A stretch of DNA of 64,000 nucleotides from Eledone cirrhosa (GCA_964016885.1 OZ024741.1:261950001-262014000), one strand, 5' to 3'; shown: positions 39,800-54,335, counted from the stretch's first letter. The notes: generated by a model not told the origin, from the letters alone. A program made the numbers and translations.

Positions 39800-42700
39800 A
39801 ACTCCTACAATAATATCGGTAGGTAAGTCCTCCGGCGACCTGTTCAGCGGAACTAGTCTGGAAATTCCGGTCCAAATGACACCAGAACGAATAGCTAGGA
39901 TCCCGGATCGTGTGCTGCTGGATGGGCTTATATACATAAACATTTCGGTCGAGGGTAGCCGGCCCTCATGTTACCACTGCCTAAGCAGGGGTCACCTGAG
40001 AGCTTCCTGTCCTCGACTAACTAGCCAAAAAAAGGCATTATTGCCAACACCTGCAACACCAGCACAACAATCACCACCACAATAACAACAACAACACCAT
40101 AAAAAAACAGTGACAACAAAACAAACGACAAACACAGTCCCACCCAACCCCTCCCCACCTAAAACAACTCCAGAAACACCCACACACATAACAGTTCCCC
40201 AAAATGTACCCCTCCCCAACAACACGGATGGGGCCTCATCATCGTCACCCAGTGACGATGAGGGAGAGCCTTTCCGACCAGTAAAAAGAAAAAAGAAAAG
40301 ACATAACACAAACAAAAATGCAACACACAGACACCAACACAAGCGACGCAAACAGCACAAACAAAAACACCCCCTCCTGAAAACAAAACACCTACTACAA
40401 AACGTAAACACACACAAAAACACAGACAAAAATCAACACAACACAACAAAAATGTTACACCTACATAAATACTAACAATAAATCTTTAACAGACGCCATA
40501 TATAAAAACCTTTCGGTGGAGACCGAAGGGAAAACTTTTACACACTCTTCGGAGAATATTATTCTTAAAATGATTAGGATCTCCATGGAAACACATAACA
40601 GTTAAAAGAAAAATTTCCCCTGCGTCAAACCCTATAACCAGGTCCCCACCCCCACCCCAGACACCCCCTCTCCACCAAACATCTCCGTACCCACCCCGCC
40701 ACAGACCACCACTCCACCAAACAACCCCTCCAACACCCCCATGGAAATTGTGCAGCCTGGTCCCCAGGAGACGAAGAGATGAGTGGTTTATTTTCCTCTT
40801 CTTTTAACTTTTCAGCACCAATATGGCCAATATAAGAGTTGGATGTGTGAATGTACGCGGCCTGGGAATGCCCTGGAAACAGGGTAAACTCTTAAACGAT
40901 CTCAGGTCGCACAGTATGGATGTAGTAGCCATTTGCGAGTCCAGCATCCACAGCGAGCGACAACTGGCCCCCATCTTCGACGACTTTGAGATCTACGCAT
41001 CTCTCTGTCAGTCGGGAAGTGGGGGTGGGGTTGCCGTTTTGCTGGGGAAACACCTGGACCTCGTAACACAGACGGGAGGGTCGATTTGTGGTCCTAGACG
41101 TTGACGGTAGTGAAGGTGGAGCCTTCAGGCTGGTCGCCCCATATGCCCCATCCGGGACAACGCGGCCAGACCTTCTTCAAACGTCTAAAGACTTTTCTGG
41201 GAACGTCCCGCTCCCTGCTGTTAGTGGGGACTGGAATGGAACGCTAGATGCACGTTGAGACTATGTGGGAGCATGTCCGGATAGAGGGGGTGTAACAGCC
41301 TCAAACAGTTAATCTGCCGATTTCAACTGACCGAGAGATATCGACTAGATTTTCCAACTGTGCTACTGTGGACGTGGACCAACCACTGCGGAACATCTAG
41401 ATCGTACCTGGATAGGTTTCTAGTTAGAGTTAGCGATAGGGACATGTTAAGCTGTCCACAAATGTTCATGGCTGCCTATTCAGATCACAAACTAGTGACC
41501 TGCTTAGTCAACCTTGACAGAACCCATAGACAGGGACCCGGCTACTGCAAGCTGAACTTGTCGTTACCGACATGCAAAGCTTACAGTAGACGGATTAGCA
41601 TTTTAGTTAAGCAGCACTTGACGGGGGCCATTGTGAACAACAGATGGTGGTACTCTCTCAAGAGGGCAGTTAGATTAGACTCGATAGGTTTTAGTAAAGA
41701 ATTAGTGTTAGATAGAAATAAGACCGAAAATGAACTGGTAGATAAAGTAGAAGGGGCACTTAGGAGTGGCAACGTAGCCAGCGTGCTAGCGACGAGAACG
41801 GCCTTGGACCAGTTCTTCGACGCAAAGCACCAAGGCTGCGTTGTCAGGAGCAAAATACGTGCACTGTGAAACGAGGGAGCCAAAGCTGTTAGCTGGGCCC
41901 GAGTGACGGAGGCGAAAAGTGGCAACAAGTCCACGATTCGGTTTTGAAGGGCCAAGACGGACGCGTGAATGTGAGCCGAAGCAGATGTGCGCGGCCTTTC
42001 AGCGGCATTTTGCTCAACTGTTCGGGCAAGGCGGCGCGCCGGGAGGGGCTATGGATTCCAGTCCATACCTCGACGGCCTGCCGCGACTCTCGGACGGCGA
42101 GGCGAAGTTCTGCGAAAGCCGATTTCGGCCGCTGAGATAGGGGACGCGCTGAGCCAATGCGGCAAACGCAAATCTCCAGGTCTCAACGGTCCACCCTACG
42201 AATTTTACGTAGCAATGCCGGACTTGTTCTCCGGTTTCCTGGAAGCGGTCTACTGCAACTGGCAGCAGAACGGGATAATTCCCAGTTCTGTGACCAAGGG
42301 CGTAGTCACGTTAGTCAGGAAGGACGGGAATAAGGGGGTTGACATAGGCAACTTACGGCCCATAACTCTGCTAAACACAGAGTTACAGATTTTGGCCAAG
42401 GTGTTGGCAAAGAGGCTGGCGCTTGTCGTCAAAAACCTGGTGGTAGAAGCGCAGACATGCGCAATCCCGACCAGGTCCATACACGACAACCTCCACCTCA
42501 TGCGATACACCATAGAGAGGGTAGGGTATAAACACGGCTTCGGTGGGGCCCTGATCAACTTGGATCAGTCTAAGGCTTTCGATAGGGTTGACATTCGTTA
42601 CCTGGATGCGGTGCTCGAGGCGGCAGGCTTCGGACCCGTGTTCAAGGGCTGGATTGCTGCCACGCACAGCAGCAACATCTGCTCAAGGGTCAAGGTGAAC

Positions 42701-42840
42701 GGCTACCTCTCGGAGCCGTTCCATATCACGCGATCCATCCGACAGGGATGCCCTCTCTCTGTACGTACTGACTCTCGAGCCACTACTGCGGAAGTTGGAG
42801 CTATTGCAGGGCATCCCTTTGGAACCGGGACTGCGAAAAG
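39800..42840 (+). mobile_element. Tx1/L1-clade LINE, degenerate (ORF1 zinc knuckle; ORF2 APE + RT, 3' part lost)
   Basis: ORF1 has CYHCLSRGHLRASCP. ORF2 from 40823 has VGCVNVRGL, GDWN, SYLDRFLV, SDHK, KSPGLNGPPYEFY, RPITLLNTELQILAKVLAKRL, LDQSKAFDRV, SIRQGCPLS. Confidence 0.9.
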
Positions 42841-42914
42841 GTACATGTGTATATACATATTTACTCACTTTCGGATTGCCACATAGATACATACATACAT
42901 AATACATAATACAT

Positions 42915-44260
42915 ACTTGATGGATGATCTGAAACTCTATGCCAAACACATAGATGGGATGAAGAAAAATTTTGACCTGGTTACAACATTCTCAAAGGAT
43001 ATCGGAATGGAGTTTAGCCAAGATAAATGTTCATATATGACTTTACAGCGGGGAAAAACCAACAACCCAATTTAGCAATATTGTCATCAATGGCCTAACT
43101 GTTTCACCAACGTTTGGAATACTCAATTGGACGATAGACGAAATCCGAGCGATTGATGTTAGAACTCGAAAAATACTAAACAACACAGGAAACTTCCACA
43201 TCAACAGTGACATGGACCGCCTTTACTTGAAACGTAAGCAGGAAGGCAGAGGTCTAACATCAGTCCAGACAGCATTTGAATGTCGCATCATATCTCTCCG
43301 ACAACATCTATGAACCTCGAAGCGTTGGAGCCCGTCTATTGAGCAAGTCTATCTACATGAGACATATAAGATCATGAGAGTTGGGAAGGAACTCCTTGAA
43401 CGGTATTCCCTGTGTGATAATCAAAAACTCACACACAGGGAAGTTGCTCAGCAGTACTGCAGTGAATCCATGGATAAAAAAACTGCATGCTTATCAGCAA
43501 AAATCCATGCATAGATATGTTGCCAGGAAGCTCTAGAGTGAGAGCAATATAGATAAACAAAATAGTCTATCTTGGACCAACAACCGCTATATTGGCTCCC
43601 ACTTTGAACGATACGCTTTAGCAATCCAAGAACAGGAAATCAACACGAAATACCTGATTCACAAAATAGATAGGGGTGTAGGAAAAACACCTAGATGTGA
43701 CAACAAGTGCAGACTCTGCAGAATTAACATCGAAGATGTCACCCATGTCATAAGCAGCTCTCCAAAGATGTCATCGCGGTACTATCTACCTATGAGCCAT
43801 GATGCAGTGGCCAAAACATTGTACAATGCAATCCGTAGAAAGGATAGCCCCGATAATAAAGCTACAGCAATGTGGAAGACTACATATACATAACATGAAA
43901 GCGTACTGGTAGAATGTTCCAGTAAAAACCCCAATAAAATGCAGGCACCACAGACCAGATATTATGATATGGGACAGGGAAAAGAAGGCATGCACAGTAG
44001 TGGAAGTTAGCTGCCCAGCAGATGCCAGTATAATATCAAAGATATTTTCCTTTTCGAAAGGAGAATATTTATGCAGATCTAATAAGAAATCTGCAGATAC
44101 TCCACCCTGACTATACCTTCAGATTTATGCCTGTGATTATTGATGCACTTAGTAATTGCCTCAATATAAATCTTGGGAAGCTGGGCTTCACAGGAAGAGA
44201 AAGAACGCAAGTTAGGAAACAGTAAAAATATGTAAAAGATTCCAAACATCTTGCATCCAA
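42915..44260 (+). mobile_element. R4/Dong-like LINE fragment, internally deleted
   Basis: MDDLKLYAK, NSDMDRLYLKRKQEGRGL, AIQEQEINTKY, CRLCRINIEDVTHVIS, HRPDIMIWD, VEVSCPAD. Starts right after CATA repeats. Confidence 0.8.
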
Positions 44261-44426
44261 TAACTGCACATACATATGTACAGATACAAAGTGTATACAC
44301 ATGCACACATACAAATCAAAACATACACATCCATACATACAATAACATCCATCCCTGCACACACCTGCATACATATCTACCTAATTGATGTTGTGTAAAT
44401 TCTAATGAGAGAATCTTGTAACTATG

Positions 44427-45032
44427 TTAGAAACCGACCCATACAAATGAGGAGGAATATGTTGAGATAGATGGCACTAAAGGATACTGGTGGAACTTGA
44501 AAATAAAAACTGCCACCAAATTAAAGCACAACCGGCCTGATATTGTTGTTTGGGACCACACATTGAAAACGTGCTCTATTGTAGAGATCAGCTGTCCACT
44601 TGATGTCAACATTGTAAGAAAAATACGAGAGAAGGAGGACATCTACGCGCATGAGCAGTTTGCAGATCCAGTATCCAAGATACACTTTCAGCTTCATACC
44701 CATCATTATTGGAGCTTGAGTTCGAATCCCGCCGAGGTTAACTTTGCCGTTCATCCTTTCGGGGTCGATAAAATAAAGTACCAGTAATACACTTGTGCCA
44801 AAAAGTAGAAACAATTATTGGAGCTACAGGTTATATACCAACCCGCTTGGACTAAAGTATAACTGAACTTGGATTTGTGGACAAGGAGCGCAGCTCCGTA
44901 ATTCATAGACTGCAATTGGCTGCGATAGCTGGCACCTTCAAAATTTGCAAAACATTCTTGCGATTCAAGGGATGACAATTTCTTTTCTTTTACAACCTTG
45001 CACCAGGAAGGTGGCCGGTCAAAAAAGTACTC
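44427..45032 (+). mobile_element. 3' fragment of an R4/Dong-like LINE interrupted by a SINE
   Basis: KHNRPDIVVWD...IVEISCPLDVN. Matches 24890-25372 and is followed by (CATA)n. Confidence 0.82.
44717..44813 (+). mobile_element. 5'-truncated SINE with a 12-bp target-site duplication
   Basis: Starts at the B box GAGTTCGAATCC and is flanked by ATTATTGGAGCT at 44705-44716 and 44814-44825. Confidence 0.88.
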
Positions 45033-45127
45033 GAAATTAATAGAAAGAGAAACATGCTCACATGCATACATACATACATACATACATACATACATACATA
45101 CATACATACATACATACATACATACAT

Positions 45128-45667
45128 GGTGGCTGCCAACTCGTTTTCGAGTACAGCCACTACTTTATATCCATGTAGGAGAACCCCTATCGATACGCTG
45201 AACGAGTGTGACATTTTAGTCCAGCCAGCGACTTGAAAACTCTGGTACACTTATGACAATTATTGACACATAGTACTGGGCCCATGGTACCATGTGACGA
45301 CAAGTGCAGAGAGATCTCCAGATATAAAGCAATGCCTGTGCCGTGAAGCTTTTATAGTGAGCAAAGGCACTGCACAAAGCCAGTCCCACTCTCTTAACCA
45401 AGATGATATTTACCAAAAAGAAGAATAAGTCAACATCATTGGATATCATCAGGGTTGCAGGTGTTATATCAGAGTTTTCCTTCTCCTAGAATTCTGCCTT
45501 GACAAAGGCTAAGGAGTCATCTCTCCCGGTGATTTTGGATGGCCATTGCCTCTTAAGAGCTCGTTTGCCCTTTGACAGGTTTTGTTTTTAGTCCTGCAGG
45601 ATGTCCAGTCACCCTCCTCGCCAAGAAAACTTGGTGGGGTTGCCAGTTTAGTCGCCAACGACCCGAC
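45128..45667 (-). repeat. Copy of the (TATG)n-associated repeat
   Basis: Reverse-complement similarity to 33885-34280; bounded on both sides by (CATA)n. Confidence 0.7.
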
Positions 45668-46290
45668 ATACATACATACATACATACATACATACATACA
45701 TACATACATACATACATACATACATACATACATACATACATACATACATACATACATGCATGATGATGGCAGTAACTTGATTTTGAGTAATGCCATTGTT
45801 TGATACTTAAACATGAACATCCCAGACGTGGCTTTTTTAGTCCTGCTGGGGACTTGCCTATTGCCAGCAATATCATGCATCACAAAAAAATGCCACATAT
45901 CAAGCGATGCCTGTGCTTGAAGCTTTTTTAAGCAAAGGCTTTGCATGGAGACAATTCCACTCACTGAACATCGAATACATTTACCCCAAAAGACGAAATG
46001 GTCTACTTCACTGGATGCAAACGAAGTCGCAAGTTTTATTTATATCAGAGTGACCTGTTCCTAGAGAGATGTCTTAATGAAGATTAGGAGTATCTCGCTC
46101 CACAATAAATAAATAAATAAATAAATAAACTTTATTGGACGGTCGTTGACTCTCTTGAGTACCTCCGCCTTTTGATGGATTTTGTTTTTCATCCAGCAAG
46201 GTGTCCAAAATCACCTTCCTCACCAACCAGCTTGGTGGGGTTGCCGGTTTAATCACCGATGTTACCAGTAGCGCTAAAGAACGACCTGAC

Positions 46291-46321
<31 letters not shown>

Positions 46322-46671
46322 CATACATACATACATACATACATACATACATACATACATACATACAAATACATATAAAAATCCGGTTGACATAAAGAAT
46401 ATTGACTACATTGGAAATGTACTCGTCCATAAGGCGCCTCTGAGGAAGCAGAAATCTCTGCCCAGATCATCCCATCTCCAGGAGTTCTTTAGTCAATTTC
46501 CAACTATCATATTTAGTGATCGAGACTATTATTTTAATCTTCTGTAATGGAAGGACTACATATCATCTTCCATTTCTCTTTTTTCCGTATCTACGAACTT
46601 ATATACCCAACTAGTTAGACCCTGCGCTGAAGCAACTTACTTTACATTCAAGATTCACACACGCGCGCGCG

Positions 46672-46756
<85 letters not shown>

Positions 46757-46789
46757 CTCTCTCTATCTAACTCTTTCTTTATATATATA

Positions 46790-48530
46790 TAATTGAAGAC
46801 TTTTTAGATACACAAAGGTAAACACTAATTTCAGGGGACATCAATGCACACTATCCATTCTGGAATACTAACATCAGGAAAAACAGTATAAAAAAGAGAA
46901 AATCTCTTAGAGGTTAGGATTAAACACAACTTTATACTACATACAATACTAGTGTCTCCTACCTACAGACATTTTAACAACAGAACCTTAGCAATAGACC
47001 ATTTGTTCTCTTCTCTCCGAGCCTCTTTGTTTCTATAAAACCTAGAATTAAGCCACAATATGAATCTATGGTCGGATCATGCCACCAACACTTTCAATGC
47101 AATCTATATTATAATCAACGAAAACATAAACACATCAAATAAAACCTAAAGTAAGAAAATATCAATTTTACAAAACTGATTGAATTAAGTTTACTAATTA
47201 TTTAGGAACTGAACTATCACCCCCACAACAAATATTACAATGCCAAATCAGCTAAAGAGCTAAAACAAGTCTGTAAATATTTATCGACAAAATACATGAT
47301 ACAATCACTGAGCAAGTACCTTTTACATGTTTCAATCCAAATAAAAATAACAGTAATAAGGATAACAACTATAATAAGACATGTTGGGGTGAAGAACTAA
47401 AATAACGAAGAAGGGAAATGACTCAGTCATTAAAAAAATGGAAATACCATTTTACAGATTCCAATTATGAAAAATATAAAGGACTAAAGAAAAAGTTTAA
47501 AAGGCAAATGAAACAAGCCAAATATGATTGCTGGTCTAGCAAAGCTAACCTGGGGTCCATGGACAATATATGGAGCATATACAACTCAATGATCAAACCC
47601 AAACCTCCCCAAAACGAATCAAGAGCTATTGATGGTGAGGTAATCTCAGACACTTCCAAACTCTCTTCCCTATCTGCAGAATCGTTTTTTGGCAACGCTT
47701 CATTTACAGAATCTACTACCCATTCTGATACTCTCTCTCCAATCGTAGATTTCCCTCATATAAGAACTACTAGCAGTTAAGGATGAGCTGAAAATGGAAA
47801 CGGCCACGGGCCCTGATGGTATATCCAATTTAATCATCAATAAAAGAATCGACTAGCTTGATCTCATTAGACATAAATGGAGCTTATGACAATGTGGTTC
47901 ATGACACTCTAATTAAAAAACCCCACCAATTTGAAATCCCCAAATATATTTTTAACTGGGCTGAAAGCATTCTCACTCATCATAGTACTAGTCTGATTCT
48001 TGGAAACAAAAGAGGCAAAAGTATTTACCTTTTAAAGGGTCTCCCACGGGGTTCACTAGTCTCACAAAAGATCTAGCCTATATCCCAAATATTTCGCAGG
48101 TAAAATCATTTAGCAAACATATAATTAGTCAAGGTCAGAAAACATTTTGGGAAGATCCAGAGAAAATATCACAAATTTCTATCTCAACCAGATTTGACAA
48201 CATTCAAAACTTATCGATCATTAAGTAATGCAAATAAAAAAAAGGCTATACTGATTTCGAACTTCGACCTTAGGACTACATTCTATCAAAAACAGGCCGT
48301 AGAGATTCCCCTCTATGTTCTTATGATAACTCTCCAGAAACTCATTATCACTATTTGTTCCAATGTAGAAACTATCAGTCTGAGAGAGAGGCCATATTGA
48401 AACGAAACCTTAAAAAACTATCAAAATTGGAAGTTCAATGAATGGTTACAGGTCTACCAAATATAAACAAAATCGTTGAGTATATGGAAGTTATGAAAAG
48501 ATTCAACAAGAGAAACCGCTAGCAGTTTTA
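46790..48530 (+). mobile_element. Highly decayed APE-type LINE (I/Jockey-like)
   Basis: Remnant motifs GDINAHYPFW, SDH, ETATGPDGI, ISLDINGAYDNVVH, KGLPRGSLVS. Confidence 0.6.
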
Positions 48531-48582
48531 CAGCTTCCCTTCTTTCCTGTTTTCCTTTTTTCTTTTTCGTTTTCTTATGCCT

Positions 48583-49990
48583 AATCTCTTGATGTCCTCA
48601 TCCTCGGGTCACCGATCCACCCGCCGGCCATCCGCTCCACCATCAGGTCCAGGCTCCAACAACTCCAGACCCTCACGAGCCGACTGGGCTTGATAGAAGG
48701 GCCACCCAGCTCTCTTTCTGTTGAGGAATTGCTTCGCCATGCCGAAGATCCTCTATACTCTTCGCAGTGTTCCGTGCTACACCCATGCATCTTTCCTCGC
48801 TGACTTCGATACTTGTATCCGAGCGGCAGCCGAGGAGATATGCAACGTCAGGTTTGACGACATTGGATGGCAATAGGCCACTTTACCTGTCAGATATGGT
48901 GGCCTTGGCTTCCGGTCCCCGATCTCCCTGGCTTTGTCGCGTCCTCATCAGCAAGGTTCTCCAAAACACAATGGAACCATCTGTGATCAGGGATCTTGAG
49001 GCCACCTGTGAGACGTGGGACCGGCTGGGACTTAGCCCTGTAGATGTCCCTCCTCCTTCTCCCCCTGCTGACGTCACCCCCCCCCCCCTAAAGCATTTGG
49101 GATGCCATCCAGTGCAGCCTGACCTCAGATAGGCTCACGCACCAGCTCGACCAGCACCGCCTTGCCTGTTTTGGTGCAGCCTCCAAACCCCACAGTGGTG
49201 CATGACTCTATGCCTTGCCCTCCTTCTCTACTGGCACGCAGCTGGATAACAATAGCCTGCGCTCGGCGTTGCCTTGAGGTTTGGCCTCCGGATCTGCAAG
49301 CCACACCAATGTCGCCGTGGTTGCATCGTAGACTCTTTCGGCCTCCACCCGCTTTCCTGTCGCCACACTGCCGGCCGCCTTTCACATCATGCTGCCCTCA
49401 GTGAGGTCATAAAGCATGGCTTGGACGCTGCAGGCTTCCCTTCCCAGCTCGAGCCGGTGGGGCTGGACCGAGGGGACGGCAAAAAGCCAGATGGCATGAC
49501 CATCTTCCCGTTCCGCGGTGGCAAACCCCTCGTCTGTGATACCACTTGCACAGATACTTTCTCCAGCCGCAACTTGGTGCAGTCTGCGACTAACCAAGGT
49601 TCTGCTGTACGTCGAGCTGAGGAGGCCAAGCTCTCCAAATACCGGTTGCTCTCCGACAGGTTTGCGGTCGTACCCTTGGCAGTGGAGACTTCTGGTGTCC
49701 TCAGCTCTAGGGCTACCTCTCTACTCACCACCATAGGCGCTGAGCTGGCCAGCCACAGGTGTGAGCCTCGCGAGTTGGAATGCCTCTTCTAGCGCGTCTC
49801 CCTTGCTGTCCTCCGGGGAAACGCCTTCTCCATTCTGTCCGCCGGGGCTGTGTGGAGGCCATCAATATGATTGACTGACTTGTCATTTTATCAGTTAACC
49901 TACTATCTATATAGATTTTTTTATCTAAACTTATGAAGTTTTATACATTTTAATGTTCCCGAGGATCTAAATGTATTGATGATTCACATG
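48583..49990 (+). mobile_element. 3' half of a CRE-clade retrotransposon (RT end, CCHC, RLE)
   Basis: LILGSPI, FLLRNCFAMPK, HQC..C..DSFGLHPLSC, EPVGLDRGDGKKPDGMT, DTTCTDT, AEEAKLSKY, PLAVETSG, RVSLAVLRGNA. Confidence 0.9.
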
Positions 49991-50000
49991 TGTATGGATA

Positions 50001-50752
50001 TTTTCATTTTTCATTTTTCATTTTTCATTTTTCATTTTTCATTTTTCATTTTTCATTTTTCATTTTTCATTTTTCAATTTTCATTTTTCATTTTTCATTT
50101 TTCATTTTTCATTTTTCATTTTTCATTTTTCATTTTTCATTTTTCATTTTTCATTTTTCATTTTTCATTTTTCATTTTTCATTTTTCATTTTTCATTTTT
50201 CATTTTTCATTTTTCATTTTTCATTTTTCATTTTTCATTTTTCATTTTTCATTTTTCATTTTTCATTTTTCATTTTTCATTTTTCATTTTTCATTTTTCA
50301 TTTTTCATTTTTCATTTTTCATTTTTCATTTTTCATTTTTCATTTTTCATTTTTCATTTTTCATTTTTCATTTTTCATTTTTCATTTTTCATTTTTCATT
50401 TTTCATTTTTCATTTTTCATTTTTCATTTTTCATTTTTCATTTTTCATTTTTCATTTTTCATTTTTCATTTTTCATTTTTCATTTTTCATTTTTCATTTT
50501 TCATTTTTCATTTTTCATTTTTCATTTTTCATTTTTCATTTTTCATTTTTCATTTTTCATTTTTCATTTTTCATTTTTCATTTTTCATTTTTCATTTTTC
50601 ATTTTTCATTTTTCATTTTTCATTTTTCATTTTTCATTTTTCATTTTTCATTTTTCATTTTTCATTTTTCATTTTTCATTTTTCATTTTTCATTTTTCAT
50701 TTTTCATTTTTCATTTTTCATTTTTCATTTTTCATTTTTCATTTTTCATTTT
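50001..50752. repeat. (TTTTTCA)n heptanucleotide array, about 107 units
   Basis: Essentially perfect; only one variant unit seen, near 50075. Confidence 0.97.
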
Positions 50753-51151
50753 GTTGTGGAATATTGCTTGAATATGAATTTAATTTCCATATACTAAAAA
50801 CATATAGTTTTGTTTTCCTTATGGAAAATTTGAGCAGATAAAATGTAATAAAATAAAGTAAAATGAAGTAAAATAAAAAAAAATAAAATACATTCGGTTA
50901 CAGATAAATGAAGTACAGTAAAAATCATATATCCTATACAATTGTGCGTATTTCGGCTCTGTATTATACTTGTTATTTTACATCGAGCTATATTCATACT
51001 TGTAACTGGGTAATATTTAATATTACTCACCTATATATCTATAATTATACTTATATATATATAATATATATATATTCATAATCCAGTGAATTTCCAACCG
51101 ATAAGGTATGATTTTCATGAGCATGTCTCCATTTATAAAACAAACTTTGTA

Positions 51152-51211
51152 TTTTATCTGATGAAAGCGTATCAATGTTGTCTTGGTACCCTTGAAATAT
51201 ATATAATAAAA
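51152..51211 (+). ncRNA. Type I hammerhead ribozyme motif
   Basis: ttttat CTGATGA aag-c-gtatcaa..ttggtac-c-ctt GAAA tatata TA ataaaa. Palindromic stem III. Confidence 0.78.
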
Positions 51212-51515
51212 TAAATAAGGTTTTATAAATATAGTTTCCATTTATTTAATATCATTGAATATTTACTCCAGTAACCTATTGAGTGCCCCAAATCAGTTAT
51301 AAACATTTATGTTTGTCGGACTTCCAACAAATTAAATACCACTTCTACTTATATATATATATATGTGTGTGTGCGTGTGTGTGTTTAGTAGGTGTCAGTG
51401 GGTGTATCAGAACGTCAGTTCCAGAAAGTTACTTTCCCTTTTTTTGAAGCGTAATATAAGTTTCAGCCGTAAATTGTTTAGGTACTGTAAAAATATGGCA
51501 TTTGAATATATACAA

Positions 51516-51590
<75 letters not shown>

Positions 51591-51672
51591 TGAAGTAATT
51601 CCAGGAAAAATGAGTGCTCTATGTAGGTAACAGAGCTTAATAGTTATGTAATAAACAACATAAGGCAATTAT

Positions 51673-51730
51673 TCCATTTACCAGTGGTTTCTTAAAAGCA
51701 AAAAGTTTTGCTTTCAATCATCAGAATGAA
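51673..51730 (-). ncRNA. Type I hammerhead ribozyme motif
   Basis: ttcatt CTGATGA [11-bp stem II] GAAA cc-act-gg TA aatgga; mirror of 56305-56362. Confidence 0.8.
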
Positions 51731-51955
51731 AAAAATGCTGATGTATTTATTGATAGTGGATTCTAAAAACAAAAATGCAATCTATATGAAAGTGAGGCTG
51801 GAGAAGGAAGAAGGAAAGGAAAAATAAAATAAAAACACACATGCAAACACACACACACATACACACACAATTATATACATACACACATATATGTATATAT
51901 ATATATACATACACACATACATACACACACACATATACACATATATGTGTATATA

Positions 51956-52375
51956 TACAAGTTAATATAAATTAATATATTTGATAAACACAAATACCAA
52001 CATATCCGTGTTTGTATTGTAAATGACTAAGTTAGCTAGATTGAAATATACTAATTATAATAATACAGTTTGCCTGTCTCGATTTAAAATGATAAATCAA
52101 TAAAAACAAAGCATATTGGCAAATTTAAATTTCAAAATCAAACCTGTTCCGTAGACAGGTTTAAACCTTAAAATCCAAATATGTTTCGAAAAATATAATA
52201 TATTTCAATCTAGCTAACTTAGTCATTTACAATACAAACACGGATATGTTGGTATTTGTGTTTATCAAATATATTAATTTATATTAACTTGTATTACACG
52301 GCTCAGAAATACTTCTTTCTTTGAGCTATTTCATTGTAAAGGACTGCCTGAGGTTTGAACTCATTATTAATAGTG
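51956..52375. repeat. Inserted fold-back: ~94-bp arms at 51956-52049 and 52199-52293 plus a tail
   Basis: The arms are reverse complements. Tail 52294-52375 matches 25925-26003 in reverse orientation. Confidence 0.75.
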
Positions 52376-52895
52376 TGTATACATACACATACATATACAC
52401 ATACATACATACACACATAAATATCAACATATCCATACATACACATACATATATATACAACCACACACATATATATACACACATATACATACATACATAC
52501 ATATACACAATCATACGTATATACACACGTACATACATACACATACATACACACATATATACATGCATACATATGCATGCACAAAATTAGAAAAATAGAC
52601 ACGCACCTCTACATATTCACACACGCAAATAAATATAAGAAAAAATATATATAAATAATAATAAAAAAAACAAAAGAGAAAATAAAGACTATTATAAAGT
52701 TGACAGCGATACAGGCAACAAATAAATGAAAAAACACACGTGGTAAGCAATACACACAAATGCACGTACACATACATACGTAAAAATAAATACATACACA
52801 CATAAATATACATATACAAATACATAAACACATACATACGCATACACAAATATATATACACACACATATATACATATATGCACACACATATACAT

Positions 52896-52956
<61 letters not shown>

Positions 52957-53328
52957 CATACATAGCCATACAATTATACACATACAAATACGTACATATC
53001 ACAAACACGCACAACCAAATACAAACATACACATATATATATATATATATATGTGTAAAACTCATTCTTAGATAATTCATATGAACCTTATTAACTCTAA
53101 AATATATATATATATCGTTTCTGAATTTGTTTAGCAAGATTCTTTATCTGAAATCGTGTGTTGAAACCGATATTGTTATACTTTGGGAGGGTCATGTTGC
53201 CAATAAGAAACACACGCACCAGTTGCTTTCACTTCAATTTAATTTAATATATATTTATAAATTTACAAATTTATAAATTTCTGGTTGGTTGGTTGGTTCC
53301 ACAACCAGATGGTTGTTTATATATATAT

Positions 53329-53373
53329 AGTCATAGTTCTTTCGTCACACACTCTGTGACCTCTTCAGTGACT
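53329..53373 (-). ncRNA. Minimal hammerhead ribozyme motif
   Basis: Mirror of 53487-53531. Confidence 0.65.
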
Positions 53374-53486
53374 GGGGATTTCTTTCTTCGTTTCTGTGCC
53401 TTTCCTTTCTTCTATCCTACGCCATTTTTCAAAAATGGCGTAGGATAGAAGAAAGGAAAGGCACAGAAACGAAGAAAGAAATCCCC

Positions 53487-53531
53487 AGTCACTGAAGAGG
53501 TCACAGAGTGTGTGACGAAAGAACTATGACT
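53487..53531 (+). ncRNA. Minimal hammerhead ribozyme motif
   Basis: agtca CTGAAGA g gtcac-agagtgt-gtgac GAAA gaac TA tgact. One extra G before stem II; very short stem III. Confidence 0.65.
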
Positions 53532-53682
53532 ATATATATATAAACAACCATCTGGTTGTGGAACCAACCAACCAACCAGAAATTTATAAATTTGTAAATT
53601 TATAAATATATATTAAATTAAATTGAAGTGAAAGCAACTGGTGCGTGTGTTTCTTATTGGCAACATGACCCTCCCAAAGTAT

Positions 53683-53723
<41 letters not shown>

Positions 53724-53836
53724 CACATACATACTTACTAACGTACACATATATACCTACACACACATATACATACACATACGTATGCATACCTACACAC
53801 ATACACACACGCGCACAAACATATACATATATAACT

Positions 53837-53953
<117 letters not shown>

Positions 53954-54259
53954 GAAGAACATAAATATTATAAAATAAATATTGTATATATAAAAAAAAA
54001 TTTTGGGAATACGACAAATAATAAATAAAAATATATATATATTTAGAAACGGGTATAAATGCCCATAGCAGACCTAGAGCACTCAACAAGTCCATGGAAC
54101 AAAATATCAATGAAAATAATCATCAAATCACTATATATAATGATGCATATACATACACCCTTATACATATATACATATACACACACACATAAATATATAT
54201 ACATACATACACACACAAAAAAAACCCAACCACAGAAATACAAACACACATAAAAAAAC

Positions 54260-54319
<60 letters not shown>

Positions 54320-54335
54320 TAAAATAACAGATTAA

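Larger units (their letters stand above)
53170..53690. repeat. Palindrome with 260-bp arms and a 1-nt centre (53430)
   Basis: ...CCTACGCCATTTTT-C-AAAAATGGCGTAGG...; no arm mismatch seen by eye. The right end runs into (TA)n. Confidence 0.95.

Noticed and set aside
49976-50841. FHFSFFI-repeat ORFs
   Set aside because: Translation of the (TTTTTCA)n microsatellite.
51956-52375. Hammerhead in the 52-kb fold-back
   Set aside because: GAAA-containing segments are present, but there is no acceptable CTGANGA box with pairing stems.
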